This document shows, one piece after another, positions 23,428-32,850 of a stretch of 64,000 nucleotides of DNA. A program made the position numbers and the translations under genes. How positions within the stretch are numbered: the first letter of the stretch is position 1; each line of letters begins with the position of its first letter. The notes under the pieces are model-generated. The model did not search any database. It was given only the letters and a program-made list of their open reading frames with translations, and had not been told where the DNA came from. Source of the DNA: Macrostomum lignano (lineage: Eukaryota); NCBI GenBank assembly GCA_002269645.1, contig NIVC01000694.1, positions 372,001-436,000 on the forward strand. The letters are read 5' to 3'.

Positions 23428-26400
23428 TCACTCGACACACATTGTGGGGAGCTGCTGCAGTTTGGCCTTGTCGCTGCTGTAGATTAGCTTAATTCGCTTG
23501 TTCTGCTCCTTGATCACAGCAGCCCAGGCAGCAAAGGCCGGCTCGTGGGGCCCAATCTGATGGGCCGGGGTCTTGAAAAGCTGTTCATCAGTCAGGCCGG
23601 CAGCCCAGCTCTCGAGTTCAGTCGAGTCCGGGGGATACGAGTGCCACCACTTGTAGCTGCTGCCGTCAATCGTTGAAAGCTTCTTCACCTGCGGCTGCAT
23701 TTCAATCGGTGGCGGGGTGTTGGCACTGCGGCGGCGGCTGCCCTCGCCGTCACCATCATTCTTCTTCTTCTTCTTCCGACACCCCACAACGCTGCCCTGG
23801 CAGCTGGGGGGAGGGCGCTCACAGGCGCCCCAACCTGCGCTGCGCAGGAGCAGGAGCACGTCCACTGGATGGTCAAGGATGTCTCCTGTTCGGAGTCTGG
23901 CGCGGAGCGCATCCCCGCGTGGGCATTGCCGCAGGATGTGGTCCTCCGTGTCCGGAAGTTCACAATCCCGGCACCGCGGGTCGTCGGTGATGCCAAGGCA
24001 GTGACGCGTGGCCTGTGCCAGGCTGGAGCATCCGGCCCGCAGTTGATTGATGGCCACCGCCTCGCTCCGGCTGAGATTGTTCGGGGGTCGCTTCCATGAT
24101 GGACCAACGAGTTGACGGTCCAGCGCAACGCGCGCTCTTCGGATTGCTGCTTTGGCCGCCTGAAGCGATATTGGCCCATTCTGTTGGTCATTATTTCTGG
24201 CGCTGTTGGCTAGCCTGTCGGCCCGCTCATTGCCGCCGATGCCGCAGTGCGCGGGCACCCAGACGAGTTCGCAGGTGCGACTGGACGCGGCCAGCAGGGC
24301 GAGCAGGTCCCAGCAGCTACGGCCATTGCCGGTGTCTTGCTGACCAGGACCGGCCTCGAGCGCACTCAGGGCTGACCGGGAGTCAGTATGGAGGCGAATA
24401 GTGGTGCCGTGACAAGCTGGCAGCTCATTGACGTATCTGAGGCCGGCTAGGATGGCCACCATTTCGGCCTGGAAGCTGCTGGCGATACGGCCGGCCGGGG
24501 CTGCGACGGTGCTGCACCAAAGGCGCGTGGTGGCCACAGCCGCGCCCAACGCGTTGTTGATACCACCACTGGCCGATCCATCGGTCCATAGCTCAATATT
24601 CACCGGCGCCATGGCCGCCAGTAGGTGCTGAGCCCGTTCCTTCTTAATGCTGGCGGGGAGCCATCGGTTGCAGGTCTCTCCCAACTCAAGGTGGAAGCTG
24701 ACGGCTCCTCCGCCGTCGGCGAGGATCATCCGGTTAACCCACGGCTGCACCAGATCCCTGGCCAAGTCATCGAGGCCGGGGCACAGTTCCTGGCTGAAGC
24801 GGCGCCAGCATCCATGGTGGGGCCGCTGGTACTCCACCTTCAGCAGGGCGCGGCCGCCTTTGGCGGGGTCCGTTTGCCTGGCGTTGGTGGCATCCTCCGC
24901 CTGCAGTCGCCTCTCGCTTTCAAAGGCTCGGTTGCGGAGGCGGGGCTCGCTCTGCCTCGAGGCCGAGGTTGTCGCCGGTATGTCTGGGGCGAGTCTGAGA
25001 ATACGTTCTCTGAGACAGGCGGCACGTTCCAGGGCTATGTTGTTGAAAGGTGGCAGGTCGGCGACGGCGAGGAGGCTGGTCACGCGAGTGGGTAGGAGAC
25101 AGCCCGTAATGATTCGGGCGCAGGCGTTCTGCTGCTGCTCAATCAGCATCTTGGTGCTCGGAGCAGCGCTGGCCGCCCAGATCCCACATCCGTACTCGGC
25201 CACAGCTCTGACCGTCGTCATATAGGCGGTCCTGCGCACGGTCTGCGACGCGCCGGCGCGTCTAGACGCCAGGTTGCCGAGCGCTCTCCGGCGCTGAGTC
25301 ATCCGACGACGCACAGAGTTCACATGGGGCAGAAACGTCAGCTGGTCGTCCAGGGTGAGCCCCAGGAAAGTCGGGTTTTTGCAGTAGCTGAGTGTCTCAC
25401 CAGCCAGGGTGAGGGAGACTGTGAGCTTGCCATTGACCTCCGCTGGTGATAGCGTGAATGTGGTGTAACAGCATTTGTTGGTGCTAAGCATCACTTTCCA
25501 TTCCTGGCACCAGGCCGCGACCGCGTCCAAGGCAGGCTGGAGCATGGCCCCACAACCTTTGAGGGTGCGGTGAGTGGCGAGGAGCGCCGAGTCGTCGGCA
25601 AAGAGGCTCGTGCCGCAGTCCGGTGCCGCTCTCGCGATGACTGTCGGGAGGTCATTCACATAGATGCACCAGAGCATAGGAGCTAGGACGGAGCCCTGCG
25701 GCAGGCCCTCGCCGAACGCGCGCAGCCGGCTGTAGGTGCCTTCGTAGCGAACGCATGCGTGCCGGTCTGAGAGGAAGGCGTGGGTCCAGGCAATGGCATG
25801 CGCGTCTATCTCAATACGATCCATTTTAACCGTAAGGCCGTCTCGCCAGACTTTGTCATAGGCCGCCTTGAAGTCCATCTGGGCCAGGATGCTTCGGTGC
25901 GGTGGCTGATGTTCGAGTCCGTCGAAAACATCCTGACAGACACGGGCTAATTGTTCCTCCGTGCTACGTCCTTTTCGGAAGCCAGCTTGCGTTGCACTTA
26001 GAAGGCCCTTGGATTCCAGATCGTAGGTAAGCCGTGCCAGGACCATGCGCTCAGCGCATTTCGCTATGCAACTGGTAAGCGACACCGGCCTGTACGACTC
26101 CGGGACAGACGCGTCCTTATTTTTCTTGAGGACAGGCACGATGATAGCCCTGCGCCAGGCGCGAGGGATTTGTTTGGTCCTCCACGTCCGGTTGATGAGG
26201 TCCAGGAGCCGCTGGTCGGTCTTGGGGGGCAGTCTCTTGAGCATGTCGTTGCAGACGCCGTCGGGCCCGGCAGCTTTTCGGCTTTTGAGTTTCTTAAGAG
26301 CCATGCGGAGCTCGCACATGGAGAACAAGGAAGGTGGTTGGTGGGCCTTCCTGCGTGCTTCAATGGCTTGGTTCCTGATAGCGCTGTCACTCTTTCGTCT

Positions 26401-28737
26401 TGGTACCCGCGACACGGCCGCGTACATTTGGCAGAAAACGACCGCTTTCTCCTTACGGGTCCTCGCCGGTCTCAGCTTAGCACCATTCTTGTCGCGTCTG
26501 ATGAGATCAACGTTGCCTCGGGCAGGCGCGGTGTCGCCACGGCTGGCTCGAAGAAGGCCAAACAGGTCGCTGTCCGCTGTAAGGTTGCTGGCGCGCTCTT
26601 CAAGAAAGCGCTGGCGCTCGCGTCTGATGGTGGCGCCGGCCTGGTGCCTTGCCCGGTTGTAGGCCGTCAGATTGGCAGTAGTCGGATCGTGTTCAGCGCG
26701 CTCTCTGGCCTCCACGCAGGCGGCTCTAGCCGAATCGCACTCGGCGTTCCAAAAGGGGGTGCGCCTGCAGGCGGGGCTACCTCTGGGGATGGCTATGGCT
26801 GCCGCCGCGAGGATGTCGGCGCAGAGAGCCTCATGTTCGATGTCAGCAGAGGGCCAGGCTTGAGGTCCTTGGATCGTTTCCAGGTGCGCCCTGAAGCAGC
26901 CCCAGTCAGCTTTACGGAAGCTCCAGCGAGTGCAGCCATGCTGGGGGGGGGGGCGTTTGTCGGCGGCGAGGGGGAATGAGATGGGCAGATGATCGCTGCC
27001 GATGTCTTTCTCAGTTCTCCAGCCATCGCTGATATAGTTCGCGAGCTGTCCGCCACTGATCGTGATGTCCGGCGCACTGCGCGAGCCAGTTGCTGGGCTA
27101 GTGCGCGTGTGCTGGCCATTGTTGCAGATATGGAGGCCTTTGTTGGAACACCATTCTTCAATGGCGTGGCCCCTCGCATCCTCTTCCATCCACCTGTCCC
27201 AGCAGCCGTGCGCGTTGAAGTCTCCTCCAAGCACCACATTGCCGCGAGACGGTAAGCTGTAGAAGTCAGGGGCCCAGGCTTCTTGGCGTTGCGAGCTAGT
27301 TGGGGGCGCGTAGACGTTGACAAGAGTGATGGAGGCCTGGCCCTTCGCGAAGATGGTGATGGACGCCGTATCAAGCTTATCGTCCAGTCTTTGGTGGTCT
27401 CGCTCTTCGCTATACCTGACGTCGGAGCGCACGAGGATGATCACTCCCCCCCTGCTGGTATGTTTTTTTTGCCTTTTTGGTTTTTTTCCCGGCTAGGGAG
27501 GTGGCGCTCCCGCACGCCGGGGCTCCCGTGTCTTCAGTGGGCCGCTCAGGTATGTTTGGCACAGCAGTTCCTGGTTCAGGCCAGGTTTTGTCTCGCTCGG
27601 TGCACGCGGAGCGGCGGCCCCGGCAGCCTGTGCACCACGTTTGGCGGTCTTCTGGGTATCTCTTGCGGCAGGTGGGTCGATGGATGCGGCGGTTGTCCGT
27701 GGCACGAGCCGTCGGGCCCCTGCTGCCACGGCCATTTTCATCAGTTTGAGAGGCCGCGGGGGCACCGCTAGCCCCGTCCGCCGCTGCCGCCGCAATGTCA
27801 GTTTCCTCTGGAGCGTATGGGATGCCGTCCGTCCGAGCAGCCACGCAGTAGCCGCTTGGAGGGTGGTACTCTTCGCCTTCCATGAGCTTAGTCTCCTGTA
27901 GCATGACGACCGCCGGGCGGTTTTTGGCGAGCCAGTTGGCCAGCTCCGTGGAGCGCGATTTCAGCCCGTTGACATTTAGCTGAAGTGCGCGGAGCTCTTG
28001 GTCCAGCTCTGCTTCTTCCTGCCCGCGGTGTCTGCCGCGGCGCTTGCGTCCCGCCCGGCGTTGCTTACGAGAGCCGGTCACGGTGGCGGCGCTGTTGCCG
28101 CCTCGCAGCCTTAGGATCCGCTCCAGGTTGCCGTCCTCTTTAACTGCGCAGGTTTGTCGGTAGGGGAAAACGTTAGTCACTCCTGGGGGGACTGCTTCGG
28201 TCTTCGGCAGTACGGACCCCAGGTCCAGGGGCACGACGTGGACGTCTTCTCCAAGCCCCCGTCACCATCATTGCTGTTGTTGCTGCTGTTGAACCACGAT
28301 GATGGCTCCGAAGCCGTCTTGGGCGGCGGCGGCGGCGGCGACTGCGAGGCAAACAGCGAATCAACGTCAGCATCCATCAGAGCAGTCCACAATTCAGGGG
28401 TGAACTTGATCGAATATTTCCAGCGCTCGCCCTCATCGTACCCAGCCGGGTTGATGCGATGCAGCCAAATCTGGCTGTTTTTCACTTCCAGAATCTTGCG
28501 GCCGCTCTCACCCAGTTGAAACCGCTTATGACGAGAGTCGAGGACCCGCAGAGACTCAATAATCGGCCACGCCCGCTTGAGATGCTGCCACTCAATGCGA
28601 GTCAGAAATACACCGGGGAAACCGTGCTTGTAGTTGCCGTTCTTGTCAGTGTAGAAACGCCGAATCTCAATCAGTTCTCGATCAGTATCGAATGTGGGCT
28701 TGCGCACCACATAATTGTCAACAAGTGGAATAGACAT
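23428..28737 (-). pseudogene. Tandem PC4-like ssDNA-binding protein (265 aa reconstructed), interrupted by a LINE
   Basis: LIEIRRFYTDKNGNYKHGFPGVFLTRIEWQHLK matches the PC4 core (LIDIREYW.D.EGEMKPG.KGISL..EQW..LK), followed by a second degenerate repeat. Removing LINE 23761-28258 and one TSD joins 28737-28259 to 23746-23428 in frame (NDGDG|EGSRRR). Confidence 0.75.
23761..28258 (-). mobile_element. Non-LTR retrotransposon, I/Ingi-like (APE-RT-RNase H-CCHC), single ORF with one frameshift
   Basis: APE (LQLNVNGL, LQETKL, GDFNAH, SDHLP), RT (QGSVLAP, FADD), RNase H (WTDGS, WVPAHCGI.GNERAD) and C-x2-C...H...C. (GAA)n tail and a 14-bp TSD CCGTCACCATCATT at 23747-23760 and 28259-28272. One +1 G in a G7 run near 27447. 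Confidence 0.93.
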
Positions 28738-28831
28738 TTTGACAGAGTTTCACGGAGATAGATAGAGCTGATGCTGAGGTGTCGGAGCGAGCGAGCGCGA
28801 GAGAATTCTGAAAAATCTCTCAGCAGCGTGG

Positions 28832-29119
28832 TCCTTTATATACCCGAGAAAGCGGCTTTACTCTGAGGAGGTGAGGCTGCGGTCTTCATTTTTCGTTCCT
28901 ACACCACTACCGGTTGGTTAGATGCACACACATCCAATTACAATCCATATGAGAACGAAAATAATGGGGTATTTTCAGACCCCATCTTTTCTATACCAAG
29001 TTGGGGTCTGAGTGTACAATTGTACACTAATTTGCAAATGCAGTACAGGGGAAAGAGAAATAATGCACACGCGCTCTCTGCTTTTGCAGCATCCCCTTCC
29101 TGCAGGGGTATATAAAGGA
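28832..29119. promoter_or_regulatory. Divergent promoter pair with identical GGGTATATAAAGGA TATA elements
   Basis: 28832-28845 (minus strand, upstream of PC4 ATG 28737) and 29106-29119 (plus strand, upstream of ATG 29201) are exact 14-bp inverted copies. Confidence 0.65.
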
Positions 29120-29284
29120 GATTGTAGGAGCATCACCAGTCACAGCCGCTTCCGCAGCATCAGCATCAGCCACAATCACACCAGCAGCAGCAGCAGAAGC
29201 ATGGCATCAAAACGTTCAGCCGCTGAAGCCGCCATTTCAGCCTTGTGGGGGCGAGCAGGCCCCTCACAACAATAGCAGCAGCAA

Positions 29285-32230
29285 AAAGCGGATTGGAAGA
29301 CCTGATGTCTATCTGCCGGGTCAACTGGGCCAGGAAATGGGACGACCTGCGGAGAACTGATGTTGGATCGCTTAGATGGAAACTGGCCACGACCCCTGTG
29401 AGACAAAGACTCAACAAGAAAGGATGGAGAGTTCAGGCGATGAGTATCCTTGAAGAGGCCCAAGCGATGGAAGTTAACAGGGAGCCGGGAGTGATGAACC
29501 CACCGCCCTGGAGTACTTGGAGGGAAACGGTGTTCAACTTAGCGGCGGGCAGATTTGAGTCAACGGAAGACGACCTACCCGGGTACGCAAAAAGTATCCG
29601 GACACTTGCATGTGTTGCAGAGAAGGACAGATAAATATGCACGTGTTGTACCCAAAATCAATGAATTTTCACATCGCAATTTAATGCAACAAATTGTCGT
29701 AGCTTGTTTTTCAGCAAAGTGGCCAATGCAACAGGTCGGTCTATTTTCACCTGGAAAGGTGATAATGGCTTAATTAAAGGTAGATGACGTAAATCGCGAA
29801 ATTTCAAGCTCGTGTTCGATTTAACAACGTAAAAACGAATTTTTTCTAAAATGCGAACAAGAGAAACGTAACGCGGGCAGTGAGCAACAAAAGTGAAACT
29901 TAATTTAAAGAAGCGGTCGCTTTTTCTAACAGAGTTCAAGATCGTCAGACTTCCTCGAATCAATCACCTGGCCCACTTGCTGAAATGTGCTGCTCAAATG
30001 GTTCCAACAAGCGGCTCTGCATGCCAGACTCGATTTAATCCACGATTGGAGAACCTCCTTGGGCAATCACCTTCTCAAGACGACCACGAAACGCTTTGCA
30101 GCATCTCACCAGATATTCCGGAGTCAGCTCTGATTCCCAAGCCTCATGAATGGCAGATCTCAGCGAGTCCAGGGACGTGTGGAAGCTTCTGCAGGCCCGC
30201 TTGTCAACCTGGTTCCAGATCGAAAATCCAGGGGATTTAGATCCGGTGAGTAGGCTGGCCAGTCCTCCTTCAGCCAGACGCGCTTGCGCCCGAAGTGAGC
30301 GCTGAGCCAGGCCTGCACGTCATTGCGAGTGTGTGCTGGAGCCGAGTCCTGCTGGAAGCGAGAGTTCCAGCCATCTGCAAAACTGCCATCCGGCCGCACC
30401 CTGTCAGGATAGTTACTGCGAATCCAGTGCAGCACTTTCTGGAGCACATCAAGGTACCCGTCTCCATTCAGTCGGTACCCCTTGTCAAAAAATATTGGCT
30501 GCATTTTCTTGCCATCAAAAGCGACGAGGCCGAAGACCATGATGGTTGCCGGGTGCTTCATCTGTGGCGAGTTGAAGGCGTCCCGCTCCTCACTGCTCCT
30601 GGCCAGCACGCGCGAAGAGCTGTGATTCCGGTAGGGTGTCTGCGTGAAGTTCTTTTCATCCGTGAAGAAGATGACTTCAACTCCGGGAGAGGTCTTGAGG
30701 TCATTCAGGAGCCTCCGTGACCGTTGAACCCGAAGCCCCAGCTGATCCGCGTTCAGCATGGGGATCTCCCTCTGCACGAAGCTCCTGACGCCCATCTCCC
30801 GAAATGCATTGCGGACATTGCTCTCATGCACTCCTTCCTCTCGGGCAATTTGCCTCATCGTCTTCGTTGGGTCTTCTGCCCGCTTGGCTTCGAGGTTGGC
30901 CATGAAGTCTGGTGTCCGGACTGTCCGCGGCCGTCCCGATTTCTCCTTCGGTTCCAGGCTGTCGCCAGAATCCAGCAGCTTCTTCCAATCACCGACGGTG
31001 CTCTTCCCTACTGATTACTTCTCAGCACACATTCGCACGCTCATTCCAGAAGTCAAGTCGGTAGCGACACGCTTCTTGAGATCCAAGGAATAGCTTGCCA
31101 TTTTGTGACAACTTGGGGTGGCAAATCCGCGGATTGAAAACGAAGCTTTCGAAATAAAAGGATGAACAGCATGAGTCCATTTTGCATATCAGGGTTAAAA
31201 TTCCAGGCAGAAGTTGGGCCATAGACATATTATACAAATGATGCTTTAAATTCTCGGAGTATGTCAAACTCTCGGAAAGCAAAGCCAACAAGATTTTGTC
31301 CGGATACCTTTTGCGCAAAAAAGCGTAAAGGTAATTCTCGCAAAGGACATCGAAGAGAAAGCTACCCTTGATGCTGATGTGGTTCTCTACACTGACGGTT
31401 CCGTTAGAATTGACAAATTCGGGGGCGGGGGCGTCCTGGTCAAATGGAGCAAAGGGCCAGACACGGAAGAAAAACACATGGTGCCAGCTGGGAAGTGGTG
31501 TTCCTCGTGCACGGCGGAGCTGACGGCGCTGGAAGAGGCCTGCAGCTGGCTCTGCAGGCAGGAAAGAAGCTGGCAGAAGGCGGCTATACTCACTGACAGC
31601 GCGAGCGCCCTGAAGGGTATTTTTGGAAACAGCAAACACCCGCGCGCAGGTGAGATCAGATGGAAGCTGGAAGCGCTGAAGGAGAGAGGTAAGATTGTCG
31701 AGCTTGCCTGGATCCCAGCGCACTGCGGGCTGCCAGGAAATGAGGAGGCTGACAAAGCGGCTGCGGCAGCCTGCGAGGAGGACCAGCAAGAGGCGAGGGT
31801 GGACAAGAACGCTGTGCGGCAGGCGATCAAGGCGGCAGAAGCAGAGAGAGCTAAAAAAGCTGGATGGGCGCACCCGCGCTGCGAAAAGACCTACAGCGGC
31901 AACCGAACTACCATTAAGAAGACCACCTTTGAAAGCAGAGGAGACGCCACCAGCTTCAGGAGAGCTAGAACTGGCCACTCGCTCGAACTGGCGGGCTACC
32001 AAAAAAGACTGGGCAAAGAAACGGACGGCATCTGTAGAGGCTGCGGGCTTGAGGAGGAAAGCATCGAGCATGTCAGTGACTGCCCAGCCACCTACTGGAA
32101 AAGACAGGAGTTCGGCATCCAGACTCTTGGTGACTGGTGGACGGAGGAGAAGGCGGCGCACGCCTTCTGGAAGTGGTGGAAGAGGAATGGCATAGGCACA
32201 GCTTGATCCGGCAACAACAACAACAACAAC
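29285..32230 (+). mobile_element. 5'-truncated non-LTR retrotransposon (post-RT region plus RNase H plus CCHC), split by a Tc1/mariner
   Basis: ...NPPPWSTW... at 29.5 kb continues after the transposon into VVLYTDGS, AELTAL, ILTDS, WIPAHCGLPGNEEAD and CRGC...EHVSDC. (CAA)n tail after stop 32206. Confidence 0.85.
29586..31315 (-). mobile_element. Tc1/mariner (maT-like DDxD) transposon, decayed
   Basis: ~19-bp TIRs CGCAAAAAGTATCCGGACA / TGTCCGGATACCTTTTGCG flanked by TA and CA. Transposase 31101-30035 has FTDEK, QQDSAPAH and WPAYSPDLNPLDF, one stop (~31017) and one frameshift (~30220). Confidence 0.88.
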
Positions 32231-32385
32231 AGCAGCAGCAGCAGCAGCAGCAGCAACAGCAACAACAGCATCAGCCTCCGGCCGCAAAGAGGGGACGCCC
32301 GCTAGGTGAGTCTCTGCGTGTGTAAAACTATGCTTTTAGCATTTGCAAAATCTGAATTCAGAAAAATAGGGCTGTATAATTGCTT

Positions 32386-32850
32386 CAGCATTTGTGTGAT
32401 TTGCAAATTTTTTCGCTAGTTGAAATATGGGCTTTCTTTGAAACCACTGCTTTCCATCTTTAGCATTCATTATGGCTTAAAATTTCTGTAATTGCTTTTC
32501 AGCTTTAGCATTTGTGTGATTTGCAAACTTCACGCTTGTTGAAATATGGGCTTTCTTTGAAACCACTGCTTTCCATCTTTAGTATTCATTATGGCTTAAA
32601 ATTTCTGTAATTGCTTTTCAGCTTTAGCATTTGTGTGATTTGCAAACTTCACGCTTGTTGAAATATGGGCTTTCTTTGAAACCACTGCTTTCCATCTTTA
32701 GCATTCATTATGGCTTAAAATTTCTGTAATTGCTTTTCAGCTTTAGCATTTGTGTGATTTGCAAACTTCACGCTTGTTGAAATATGGGCTTTCTTTGAAA
32801 CCACTGCTTTTCATCTTTAGCATTCATTTTGGCTTAAAATTTCTGAATTT
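32386..32850 (+). repeat. 119-bp tandem repeat (~4 copies) in the first pPolB intron
   Basis: GCATTTGTGTGATT recurs at 32388, 32508, 32627 and 32746. Confidence 0.9.
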
